From Sphagnum compactum (lineage: Eukaryota), in NCBI GenBank assembly GCA_965153455.1, contig OZ234493.1:930001-994000 (forward strand): a DNA stretch of 64,000 nucleotides, in the 5' to 3' direction. Each line of letters opens with the position of its first letter. The first letter of the stretch is position 1. The notes beneath the pieces are model-generated. The model worked only from the letters and a program-made list of their open reading frames with translations. It ran no database searches and was not told the DNA's origin. Of this stretch, positions 41,318 through 53,329 are shown one piece after another. Position numbers and translations under genes: made by a program.

Positions 41318-41721
41318 GGGTGATAGCATGAAATAAAAAGCCAATTGTGCCAAGGTTAAAGTCATTTCTAAGGATTGCATTTTCCATGTGATAGTTTTTA
41401 TTGGTTTATATTACATTTTCACACAAATTTTCAAACAAAATATCAAATTTGAGGCCAAATATGATATATAACATTATAAAAACTCAATTTGTTTTACATA
41501 AAGCCTTAGATTATAATCAAATCTATAACTTTATTTTGAACCATGATTACAAACTCAAAATTATATTAGTGCTTAAAAATGTTTGAGTATCAAAATCTAT
41601 AAATGTATATGTATTTTTATTTTTTGAATGTTCTGAACATATGGATCCCTTTTTGTGGAATATATTATATAAAGTTCACAAAAATATTGAAATGTTTTGA
41701 TGAACATTTGATAATGAAAAA
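41318..41721 (+). mobile_element. Left part of a second GGGTGA-TIR element, cut by a CACTA-like insertion
   Basis: Collinear similarity to 60212-60606 stops abruptly at CACTATG (41722). Confidence 0.75.
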
Positions 41722-41954
41722 CACTATGTAAAAAAAGGGTGTTTTGCAACTAACCTTACAACTCAATTTTTGAGTAATAGAGGACACTTGCAACTTACTA
41801 TATTTATACGCTATGAATGCTAACGAACAAGTTGTATGAATTTTAGAGTTGCAATTCATCGTATATATAGTGCAACTCAATTGCAACTTAATCAAAGCAA
41901 CTTGTTTTCAACTACTATGCAATTCCATTATGACTACACACATGATGTCATTAA

Positions 41955-42256
41955 TGTTAACAAATAGGAGATTTAATCAAGTGCAAACATAAATTTTTAT
42001 TGAAAAGAAACTAAAATAAGATGCTCACAATATGGAACATAACATCAAGAACTCTTCAAGGTTCTTGTCACATGAAATGCACAAATTTCTGCAATGAAGA
42101 AAAGAGAGCCAAACCATCAACACTAAGGTATTTATCTAAAAGACCAAACCACAAATAACCAAACTATTATAAGTAAAGAAAGTAATTCAACATTGTGAAA
42201 GTAACCTAGTTATTTTCCTATTCTAGCAACTAATGAAACCTAACTAATTTTCAACA
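41955..42256 (-). repeat. 3' LTR of the copia element
   Basis: Reads TGTTAACAAATAGGAG...TTTTCAACA on + and abuts the PPT. Confidence 0.95.
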
Positions 42257-45200
42257 CTCCCCGTCAAGCTCAAATCCACTTCTAGTACACCAAGCATTTT
42301 TCTAAACTTCCTTAGCTTGTTTGTGCCTAAAGCCTTTGTGAAAATGTCAACAACTTGATCTTTAGTACTGACATGAATAAGGTTAATTTTATTTGCTAGA
42401 ACTTTTTCTCTAATAAAATGGCTGGCTTCATAAAAAATTCCACACTTCAATGTATGTTCTATGTACTTCAGTATGCGCCTCACTACATCCAAATGTGGCT
42501 CTCATGGTGTTTGCATGAATTGACTCACCATTCCAACTGCATAATTCAAATCTAGCCTTGTGATGGTCATGTAAATCAAACACCCCACTATGCACTTGTA
42601 CATAGTGGTATCCTCCACAAGGTCTCCTTCATCTGCACTTAACTTCATATTTTGCTCCAATAGAATTGAAATGCGTTTGCACCCCGTCATCCCATATTCG
42701 GACAATTTGTTCAAGGCATATTGCCTTTGTAGTAACCATATCCCTTTAGGGGACTTGATTATTTCAATGCCAAGGAAGTAACGTAACTTTCCTAAATCTT
42801 TCATTTCAAACTTTTGCTTCAAAAGCTTCTTCAAATCAAAGATGTCTACATCATTATCTCCTATGATAATCAAGTCATCAACATAGACGACTATGACTAC
42901 AATCCCACAATCTTTCTGTTTCACATATAGTGAAAAATCTGCATTGGATGTTTGAAATCCACTTGTGACAAGATACTGACCTTTCTTGTTTGACCAAGCT
43001 TTAGGTACTTGCGTCAAGCCGTACAAAGCTTTCTTCAACCTACAAACCAAATTAGGATGTGTTTAGTCCACATAACCTGGTGGTTGTTCCTTTTTCCTGT
43101 AAATCTCCATGAAGAAAAACATTCTTTACATCCATTTGATGTAAAGACCATCCTTTTGCTATTGCCATAGCAGTGATTGCTCTTACACTTGTCATTTTGC
43201 AACTAGACTATAGGTCTCCTCATAGTCTATGCCATAAGTTTGGGCATAACCTTTGGGAACCAATCTTGCTTTGTATCTGCCCACAAATCCATCTGCATTA
43301 TGCTTGACCTTGTACACCCATTTGCACCCAATTACTTTCTTGTCCTTTGGTATAGCTACCAATTCCCAAGTAGCATTAGCATCCAACGCCGCCATCTCTT
43401 CATCCATGGCATTATTCCATTTAGGGTTTCCAACCGCTTGTTCAAAACAAGTGGGTTCAACCTCCTGTATAACTCTCACCATGTATGCGTAATGATGAGC
43501 TACAAAGCCATCATATGTGAGTATTTGTATAGGGTACTTGACTTGTGTGGATCTTTATATTCCATTGTTGTGGTCAGGTGTTTACAAAACTTTCTTGGCC
43601 ATCCGAGCTTCGGGAGTAGTAACTGAAGGGATTCTTGATTTTTCACCCACACTCTTCTCTGAATCACTTGACTCATCATCTAAATGAGGATTTTTAGAAG
43701 ATGTTTGAGAACTCCCATGTATAATGTTTGAAGATCTTAATCTTCCTTTCCATGGAGTGCTACTGGACCCATTAATTGAAGACTCTTGTGGTCCACTAAT
43801 CAATTGTGATTCTTGTTCCACATTTGATGAAACATCACCATTTCTAGCCTCTCCATCTTTTGTTATCTTCAGTGGTGAGTATCAGCGAACCATCTCATCA
43901 AACACAACATTTCTACTCACTTGCAACTTCCGAGTGGAAAGGTTGAAACATTTATATCCTTTTTGTTCTAAGGAATATCCAATGAAGATACATTTCTCAG
44001 CTTTTGGATCTAGTTTTGATTTCTTCTTATCAGGAACATGCACGTATGCAATGCAACCAAACACTTTGAGGTGTGAAACATCTGGTTTTTTGCCTGTGAA
44101 TTTTTCTTCGGATGTCATGCCATGAACTGCTATTGTGGGTGTTCGATACATGATATATACTCGGTTGCTACCGCTTCAACCCAAAAGTAATTTGGCAAAT
44201 TTTTCTCATTCAACATGGCACGTGTTATTTATGTAATGTGCCTGTTTTTCCTTTCAGCAACTCCATTCTGTTGTGAGGAATAACTACATGGGTACTTCCT
44301 TTGAATTTCATGCTCCTTTAAGTACTCATTGTATTCATTTGAAAAATACTCTCCCCCTCCATCGGACCTTAGGCATTTGATGGTCACACCCTTCTCCTTC
44401 TCCACCATTGCTTTGAAATTCAAAAAATGTTGAAACATTTCACCTTTGTGTTTCATGAAGTAGACCCACACCTTCCTTGTGCGGTCATCAATGAAACTCA
44501 CGTAGTACTTGCATCCTCCAATGGATTCTGTCTTCATAGTCCACACATCCAAGTGGATCATTTCCAAAGGTTTGGAACTTACGTGAGTTGTTTGAATTGG
44601 GAATTGATGCCTTGCTTGCTTCCCCAATTGGCATGTTTCACAAACTTTTGACATCATTTCTTCTGTTCCAAATTTGGGAAGACCTCCAACAAGATTTTGT
44701 TTCTCCATCAACTTAAGACGGTGGAGATTAACATAGCCAACCCGCTTGTGCCAAATTCCAATGTCTCTAGCTCCTTTTCCATGTGTGAATAACATGGAAT
44801 ACACCTTAGGCATGTTCACATCCAAGGTGAACATTCGTCCATTCCTTTCCCCTTTTGCAATCAATTTGCCTTGGTTCTTCATGTCTTCCACAAACATCCA
44901 TTAGGGTTGAATGTCACCTGTAAACCTTGTTCCACCATCTGGCCTACGGAGACCAAATTTTTTGTTATAATTAGAACATGAAGTACATCTTTCAAGTACT
45001 TTGTTTGCCCATCTTGCATGGACAATGGCACCTTGCCAATTTGTGTGATGGGATGCGTAATGTCATCACCAGTTTCCACAAACCTTGGTGTTTTCAAATC
45101 CCTTGTGTCTCTAAACCATTATCCATGACTAGTCATGTGGTTTAAAGCTCCAGAATCCACATACCAGACATTGTTATCTGATACACCTCCTATCATTGAA

Positions 45201-46170
45201 TTTGCCATGTGCTGCATCACAAACAGTTGCTCATCACCTTGATTGCTAGTTGAGGCATAATTCCCTTGTTGTAGTTTTCCATTTCGTGCATCATGCTCCT
45301 TTTGATAGCAGTTCTTTGCCATGTGCCTAGGTTTCCCGCAATAGTAGCAATTTGAGTCGCTATTTGGTTGTTAACCTCGATGACTTCCACCACAACCTCC
45401 ACGACTTCCTCTTCTTCTAAAGTTTCCTCATCCAACTCCATGAAACTGACCTTCATGTTGATGATATCCACCATGCGAGCTTTCATGTCGACCTCGAAAT
45501 GAGGTTTTACCACCTTTACCTCTACCTCTATTAGTATTTGAGTAGAAAACACTTTCTTGTGATCCTCCATTGGATGAAGTACTAACAATTCTCATATCTT
45601 CACTTATAAGTAAGGTTATTAAATCTTTGAAATCGAAAAATGTTTCTCAAACTGTAATTAAAGTACGGAATTAGCTATAGTCTTTTCCAAGTCCATTCAA
45701 GGTCATGGCCACCAAATCTTTATCATCTACAGGGGCTCCTATAGATGTAAGAGCATCTGCAAGGTTTTTCACCTTTGTAGAATAGTGACTGATGTTCATC
45801 TTGTTTTTTTATAGATTATGTAACTCTTACTTGAGCTGCATTTTGCGAGCTTATGTATTGGTACTATACATCTTCACCAATGTATCCCAAGCTTGCTTGG
45901 GTGATTTTGCATCTTGAATATGCACAATCATGGAATCGGACAAACTCATAGAAAGCCAATACAAGACTTTCTTTGCTTTTTCATGCTAAGTTTTATTGGC
46001 TTGAATTTGTTGTTGTGTGGGGTTTTCTAGGAGAGGAGGTTCTTTCTCATCACCAGTCATGAACTCCCAATAACCTTTCCCCATTAAAAATTCATAATCT
46101 CAAATTTCCACACTTGGAAATTGTTCTTGTCTAATTTCTCAATTGTAATTTGAAAAAGACTGTTTGCCAT
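42244..46170 (-). pseudogene. Copia gag-pol polyprotein, broken by stops and frameshifts
   Basis: Start ATG at 46170. Motifs seen: gag zinc knuckle CYYCGKPRHMAKNC, protease WYVDSGA, integrase WHKRVG..CETC, HLDVW, FIDD, LRSDGGGEY, QQNGVAERKNR, RT GCKWVYKVK, LKKALYGL, YVDDL, and the RNase H C-terminus HFIREKV..DIFTKAL. The sequence is split across more than 8 ORFs. Confidence 0.95.
42257..42270 (-). other. Polypurine tract of the copia element
   Basis: Minus strand AGCTTGACGGGGAG lies directly before the TGTTG of the 3' LTR. Confidence 0.8.
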
Positions 46171-47393
46171 CTCTCAACACAACACTCAATGTTGTCTTGG
46201 GGTTTCACAAATGATTTTATTTCCTTCCTTGGGTTCCTAAGATTAGGCTTAGGGTTTTTTTTCCTTAGGTTTCTAGGATTAGGGTTAAGGTTAGGGTCGA
46301 ACAAGATGGACCTTGCATATCTATGTATGTTTTGAGAATTATACGAAAATTTATACTATACGTATATGTACATATTTTGTATGGTATTAAGTACATGATT
46401 ACATACCAAACTTTTGTATGAAGGTCTTGATAATGTATTTGCGCTTCCCAATCTTCAAACTCCTTCCTTCAAGTTCTCCCAAGTTTTATTTGCTCCACTT
46501 CAAAAATTTGTTTTGATGTCTTTTCAATGTAAACTTTTGTCACAACAACTTTGTAGAACTATACCGCTCACATATGATCTTGGATCGATCTGAAATTTTT
46601 GTGAAACATGAAAAACTATGTCTTTTACTCATTTAATAATTTGAGTAAAATTTCAAAATTTCAACTCATTTAATTTCATAAAATGAGAGATCGTGCTACT
46701 TTCTTGAAATCACCTCAAACTAAAGACCTGAACACAAAGTGACTTACAACTCATTCACAACAACTTCAATCTCCTTGAGATTTGAGGAGACACATCAAAT
46801 ATATGTCTTCTATATCTGTTCAAAATTTCAATTCTATCGATGATGATCACAAAGAGTTATCACTTTCAAAAGAAACTGACTTCAAAATTCAGGCTGAAAC
46901 TTTAGATACTTGGATCTCTCTTCATACATATCCAAATGACATGAAATTTCTCTCACATATATAGTCTTTTATGATATATAAGATCCCAAAGCTGCAGATC
47001 TAAAAATGTTCAACAAATGAGATATGACCAAGAAACCAGATCTAGCACAGAGTTTTCAAAAACTCATAACTCTCACAAGACATATCCTTTTCTTTTGAAA
47101 ATTTGAGAATAGAAGCGTATTATAGTCTTCTATAATCTCTATAAGTTTCACTTCAAGATATTTTCACAGTACATTTAGATCTAAATTTAAATATTTGACC
47201 TACACAACCCTTGATATGTTGATCTCCTCTCAGCTCTTTTCTTTTCCTTTCTTTCTTTTCACATTCTTTCCTTTCCTCGTTTCTTTTTTGTAGTTAACAA
47301 ACTCCTATGATATTACTAGAAAGTTTCAAGCTCTAGTTCTAGAGACTTTCTAGCTCTAAATCTCTTTCAACCTTCTCACCAAACAACCTAAAT

Positions 47394-47403
47394 TCTGATA
47401 CCA
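47394..47403 (-). promoter_or_regulatory. Primer-binding site (tRNA-iMet type)
   Basis: Minus strand reads TGGTATCAGA immediately after the 5' LTR, matching the canonical TGGTATCAGAGC initiator-Met PBS of plant LTR elements. Confidence 0.9.
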
Positions 47404-47694
47404 TGTTAACAAATAGGAGATCTAATCAAGTGCAAACATAAATCTTTATTAAAAAGAAACTAAAACACGATGCTCACAACATGGAACATAACATCAAGAA
47501 CTCCTCAAGGTTCTTGTCACATGAAATACACAAACTTGTGTAATGAAGAAAAAGAGCCAAACCATCAACACCAAGGTATTTAATTTTATTAAAAGACCAA
47601 ACCAAAAATAACCAAACTAATATAAGTAAAGAAAGTAATTCATCCTATTCTAGTAATTAATGAAACCTAACTAGTTGAACTTGAAGTCTCAACA
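47404..47694 (-). repeat. 5' LTR of the copia element
   Basis: Reads TGTTAACAAATAGGAG...TCTCAACA on +, is homologous to 41955-42256, and abuts the PBS. Confidence 0.95.
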
Positions 47695-48049
47695 ATTAAT
47701 TGTCATCCATCTATTCAAATCTAACACATGACATTATGAAGATTTTTGGACATAATTTTTTTCTTCAAAATATTGATTTCCATTATCCATTATGATTGTT
47801 AATAATGGTTTGAGAATGTGACACATGGCACAATAAAAAGATTGGCACATGGCATATTAATTATATTTTGGAAAAAAAAAATTAATTAATTTAAGTAGCT
47901 AAGTAAGTTGTACTTAACCATAGGTTGGTAGGTTTTAAGGCCTACTATTTACTTACCTAGGTAAGTAAGAAGGTAAGAAAGCATAAGACTAAATGCACTA
48001 AAGAATAGCCATGAATTTTAATTTGTTTGAATTTCCAACAACAATACGT

Positions 48050-48815
48050 ACCCACCAAAAATTCAATAATATTGTTCACATTTTAGGTCTCAAAATTACA
48101 AAATCAACTTTATTAAATCAAACTTGGTGAAGGCTTTCCAACAATACCAAGAACACCCCCAAATTCCAATATAGTTTTCAATCTTCGTTTTTCAAAAAAT
48201 TCAATGAAAAAATGGTTCAATAATTAATAGATTCCACACTGTAGTTCCAAACATTCTAAACCAAGTCATTGCACCCCTATTCATTGAGAACTTTTTGATG
48301 ATAAGTTCCATAACATAACCTAAGACACCATGGTTTAGGAGTATCATTATGACAAAACAAAACAAACTACCTTCCTTCATGGATAAATAAAGTAACATGT
48401 GTTGTTGGCCCCAAATGTGAACACACTCAACTCATTTTCCCTTCTAAACCCAATTTGTTTGAATTTTCAATAACAAAATTCATTCAAAATTCAATGTTTT
48501 CCACACCTTAAGTATGAATATTATGAAATAAATTTCATTAAATCTAACTTAGTGATTACTTTCCAACAACACCTGGTACACCTTTGGATTTGAGTAAAAA
48601 TTTTATTTATGATTTTATTAGTGTTTATTAAAAAAATGGTTCAATAATCAATAACCTTTGCATTGTAGCTCCAAAAAATTTCAATCCAAGTTAGTGCACC
48701 CCTATTCATTGTTAGGTTTTCAAAGATATCAATAGCATTATATGAAGTAATTTGGTTTGGGAAATTTCAACATGATAGAATAAAACAAAACAAACTATTT
48801 ACTTTCATTAATAGA
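48050..48815 (-). mobile_element. Two tandem degenerate copies of the same Helitron-like family
   Basis: ACAAAACAAAACAAACTACCTTCCTTCAT (about 48352-48380) and a similar motif at about 48782-48815 are reverse complements of the 22214 5' end. Shared internal blocks are also present. Confidence 0.65.
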
Positions 48816-48869
48816 CTAAATTATGTGTAAATTATCTTTGTATAAATTTTTTTTGTTCACACAAATAAT

Positions 48870-49810
48870 AAAATTTCATTGAAGGAAATTTAAGGAAATT
48901 TTGAAATATAAATTTGTAATAGTGTGCATGTTCAATACACCTAACTATTATTCATATGTAAATTGGATTTTAGTTTACAACATATCAAATAATGATACGT
49001 AATTAATATTTTTGTGAAATTTTAATGTTTATTAATCTTTATAGACATGATATCTCAATATTTTTTAAAAATTGCAATAAAATTTCATTAAACATTAAAC
49101 TACATGTAAATCCTATTTGTGCAAATGAATGCTTATATATGATGCAAATATTTTTTGTGCACCTAATATTAAAATTTAATTTCAAAATAAATTTAAGGAA
49201 ATTTTGAAATATGAGTTTGTAATAATGTAAGTTCAAATATGTAATATATTATTTCTTTGTAAATCAAATGTTAATTTACAAAAAATCAAGAAATGATAAA
49301 TTATCCATAATTTTGTGGAAGTTTAATGTTTATTCATTTTTATACGTATGAATATATTTTTTAAATTGCAATAAACATTCATTAATTATTAAGATACACG
49401 TAAATGTTTTTTGTATACATGATTGATAACATGTCTGATGAATTTTTTTGTGCATATAAATATTACACTTTAATTTGAAAATAAATTTTAAATAAATCTT
49501 GAAATATAAGTCAACTTAATAATGTGTATGTTCACTACATGCATAATATCATAATTTCTATGTAAATTCAATTTTAGTTTACAACATATCAAGTAAGGAT
49601 ATTTTAAAAATATTTTTTTGGAATATGTTCAATACATGTGTGATTTATTATTTCCATGTAGATTCAATTTTAATTTACAACATATCAAGTAAAGATATTT
49701 AAGTAATTTTTTTGGAATATGTTCAATACATGTGTAATTTATTATTTCCATGTAGATTCAATTTTAGTTTACAACATATCATGTAATGATACATAATAAT
49801 ATTTTTTAGA
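48870..49810. repeat. AT-rich local duplications (~300-bp and ~95-bp units)
   Basis: AAATTTAAGGAAATTTTGAAATAT recurs at about 48887, 49189 and 49483. The block at 49621-49710 is repeated at about 49714-49790. Confidence 0.7.
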
Positions 49811-50619
49811 ATTTTAATTTTAATTCTTATTTTTGCTATTAGTTCCAATAAATTTTTCATTTATTAAAATTCTTTATTATTTATTTATGACTAAATTATA
49901 ATAATGTTTAAAATAATAAGTAAAAAAAAAAATTATCATATAATTTCAGAAATGATAAAAATGACCTAGAAGACAAGCAAATATAAGAGCATCAAATGAG
50001 ATGTAAAGTCTTCAATTTATCCAAGTTATTATAAAGTTGATACAATTTAAGAACATCAAATGATAAAGGAAGGTTTGGGACTTCTAGAGGGCTTCAAATG
50101 AATAGAAAAGGTTGAAGATTTAGAAATTACAAAACATTTATAGATTTGACAAAGGCGACTTGAAGCTCAAAAAAGTTTCAAAACCAACATAACTAAAAAG
50201 AACTTCAAGACTTTGGCTTTGTAGTCATGTTAACTCCAACAAAAAATCAAAACATGTGCCAAATGTTGAAACAACATAGCTGAAAGAAACATGTTTGACC
50301 ATGCACAAGTCACAAATCATGGACATAGGCGCAACAAATTTGGACCAAATGAGACCACACCTCAATATGACATAGTAGCAAGTTTGCACAATTCAACAAG
50401 ACATTACAAAAAATGTAAGAAAATAAAGCATGTGCCATTTCTAGGTTAAACAACAACTACATACGCTTACAAGTATAATTATTTTTTATTCAACTAATAA
50501 AAGAAAAATGTGTGGGGCTAGTTGTCAAAATTGACCTAATGAAGTTATTTGAAGGCTTTTAGCATTTCTAATACCTTGCACCTTTTTCAATGACACATAG
50601 ATCAACCACAAGCTTTAAC

Positions 50620-51455
50620 AGTCCGAATGAAGCACACTAGTCCTCCTAAAACACTTCCTCACAACTAGCCCCCTTGCATTTTCTTGAATACATTGTGAGT
50701 GCCACCAAACACCATGGATGATATGTGTGACAACACAAAGTGGTACAAATATCATAATAGTAAAATTCTTCACCACAAACTAAACAAGGTTGAACATTGA
50801 TTGTATTGATGGCATATTGAGATGGTGTAGATGGCTTAAGTTGTTGTAGTGGCTCAAAATAATGGCTTGCCCCTGATTTCATTCGAACAAGTTGTTCAAC
50901 GAGCATGGTTATAAGGTCTTGGGCAACCTTCAAGTTCAGCATAGAAGAAACTAGTGCTTCCTCATAGTCAACAACATTAAAATCACATAAAAGGTAATCA
51001 ACTTTTGTTGATTTTAACTTCAAAATGCATTGTTGCAATTTTAAAAAATTTCAATCCTAATTCATTGTTGTAATTCCTCAATCCTAGCTTGTGCAACATT
51101 CAGATTAAGGACTATTTCATCATTTGTGTTTTCATCAACACACAAGACTTGAGAAACCACAAGTCCACCAATAGGTTCACATGAAGATAAGGTTTTATCA
51201 AGATCTACCCTCACCTTGTCAAGAACACTTTTTACTGCACAATGAATCACCTCTCTATTGTTTACATGTAGGTGAGCCCTCCTTTGTGTTTTCTTTTCCT
51301 TTGCAACTTGCCTCGTAATTTGTAGAGTGTTGTGCTTCTCATGTGCAACAAGTGCATAAGCAGCGCAATTCAGTTGAATTCTAGAATTTTTGACTAGTAA
51401 TTCATGCACAAATTCTAGGTTTATAGTGTCATTGAAAACTTTGTGTTTTTCATAT
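50620..51455 (-). pseudogene. Decayed gene: partial N-terminal domain + coiled coil + RING-H2-like (copy 3)
   Basis: ORFs 51062-51508 (NDTINLEFVHELLVKNSRIQLNCAAYA) and 50646-51038 carry an intact ligand set PCLVC..LCCHTYHPWC..KCKGASC, followed by *ED*CASFG. Confidence 0.78.
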
Positions 51456-51971
51456 GGGTGAAAGCACGATAAGGTGATACAAAATCGACAGAGATAATGA
51501 AAGTCCATTTTACTTTTTAAAGGGCCAAAATGGGCAAGTTAGTTCAAATCGAAAGAAGAGGGAACAGTGGCCACGTGATATTAGTGGATGTCACTATACT
51601 CATCTATGCTAGTCTACGGGCTGGTCTTGGGCCAATCCTTGTCTCTCACACCTTTCTTGGCTTGAAGGTGATGGTAGTCATAGTTTTGCTAAAAAGGAGT
51701 TCACACAAAAGTATAAGATGTATCATCTTAGTTCGAACCCAAAACAAATTAGAATGCCTAGAAACTACACCAAGGAAGAAATCATAACGCTTTTTGGTCT
51801 TGTAGCGAACAAAAATGGGCACCGCTACACTAGCTATGTGGACCCAAAGCTTAAAACAAAAATTGAGAACCTTACATGTTAGCTAGAAAAGTCATCACCT
51901 TAGGAATGGTAGGAGGTTTAGTTTGTGAGGAGAATGGGAAGCAGATGAACTAAGTTGCTTACGCAAAATGA

Positions 51972-52948
51972 ATGAATCGAAAGCAATTTCGACAATGTCA
52001 TTTAAAAGATCCGGATTTTTTTGAGGATCAAAACACTTACAAGTTTGAGCAAGAGGAGGTTTCAAATGATGACATAGAAAAACTAAAAGATCCTCGACAG
52101 GTGAAGGGTTCGTTTTTTTCGCAATTACAAAGGTACTTCCTCTTTGTTCAAAAACTGGTTGTGTTAACAGAAGAGGCCTTGGCCATCAAGGAGCAAGAAA
52201 AGAAGAAGGTGGTTAAGGCAAATATTCTCGCTCAAGGCAAAAGGGAGTACATGAACACGTTGTTAACAAAAGCTATAACAAAGTTGGAGATCCTAGTTTC
52301 TACATTTCAAAAAGAAAAAACCATTGTGGTTTCAAACCAATTTGACAACATTGTAGTTACTTTTTTTTTAGGGTTTTTCAATCCTACAATCCATGCCCTA
52401 TGTAGGCAAGTTGATGTTCAACGAGGTGTCATAGAACCGTTTAAGAATTTGGCAAATGAAGGAAAAAGTGCATTTTCAAAAGTGCACAAGGAGAGATGTT
52501 GATTTTTTTGCTTCACTTGCTAAGTTGCAAGAACAAGTTTTGATTTTCAATTGTCATAATGTGCAATTAAAGATCTAATGAGTTGAACTCAAAGGGGTTC
52601 ATTTTGGAGTGCCACTGCAACCTTATGTTGAGTTGCAAACCACAACAAAGTTTTAAAGAAAGATGTGGCTACCCATAGAACATTGTGTTTTATGTGGTTT
52701 AGGATTTGCTCCTATGTGGGTAGTTAGGATGTCTTCTTGCAAATATGTGTACCAGGATTAGTGTTCTACATACCACTTTGGTATGTCTATTAAGTGTGTT
52801 GTCAAGGATTGTGAGGCAAAAATGCATGAAGCGTGGTGGGGCTATGTTGGATTGATGAAACTAGGAGGGGTTGAAGGGTTTGACATCTCGAAGATTGAGG
52901 CAAGAAAAGGTTGGCAACCCCAAAAAACAGTCAAAGGTGTGTTCTAGC
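51972..52948 (+). pseudogene. Decayed gene: coiled coil + RING-H2-like (copy 4)
   Basis: The 176-aa coiled-coil-like ORF 51972-52502 is followed by an unannotated frame at about 52663-52860. It reads MWLPIEHCVLCGLGFAPMWVVRMSSCKYVYQD*CSTYHFGMSIKCVVKDCEAKMHEAWWGYVG, with the same spacing as the other copies. Confidence 0.7.
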
Positions 52949-53329
52949 TTCTACTGTTGAGTTTTACTTGATGCAAGCTTTCCATTTTTGTTATAATAGG
53001 TTGGTGTCTAACTATTGTGTACATTTAATGTGAATTATGAATCCAAATTGTGTTTGAATGTCTAATGACGTTATAATCATGTGTAAGTTGGAAAATGCAT
53101 GTAAATAACTTCACCTTGTCCATATCTAAGCACTCTATTCATTATAATTAAACTTGGGTTTGTAAACATTGCATTAAAAAGTCTTTCATGTAAATGAATT
53201 ATCACTGTTATGGACAATTGCAGCTATTTGTTGACTAACATGTATAGTCGTGAATGATGAGTACATAAGGCACCCATTTTGCACATATGTTTAAAGAAAA
53301 GGTTGGCAATGTAATCCTAAATGAAAAAT

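Larger units (their letters stand above)
41955..47694 (-). mobile_element. Full-length, inactivated Ty1/copia LTR retrotransposon
   Basis: Direct-repeat LTRs with TG...CA ends at 41955-42256 and 47404-47694. A 5-bp TSD ATTAA lies at 41950-41954 and 47695-47699. PBS and PPT are present, and the domain order on the minus strand is gag-PR-INT-RT-RH. Confidence 0.97.
41722..47900 (+). mobile_element. CACTA-like non-autonomous element hosting the copia insertion (right end not found)
   Basis: Starts CACTATGTAAAAAAAGGGTGTTTTGCAACT with TGCAACT subterminal repeats. An inverted relative ends at 38613 (...AGTTGTAAGACCCCCCTTTTTCTCATAATG). Confidence 0.55.

Noticed and set aside
43240-45588. ORFs in alternative frames or antisense within the copia element
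   Set aside because: They are off-frame or antisense readings of the decayed gag-pol.
2890-52948. Viral (giant-virus or endogenous viral) origin of the RING genes
   Set aside because: No viral hallmark genes (capsid, polB, packaging ATPase) were recognised, and the surroundings are TE termini; it is not excluded but has no support here.
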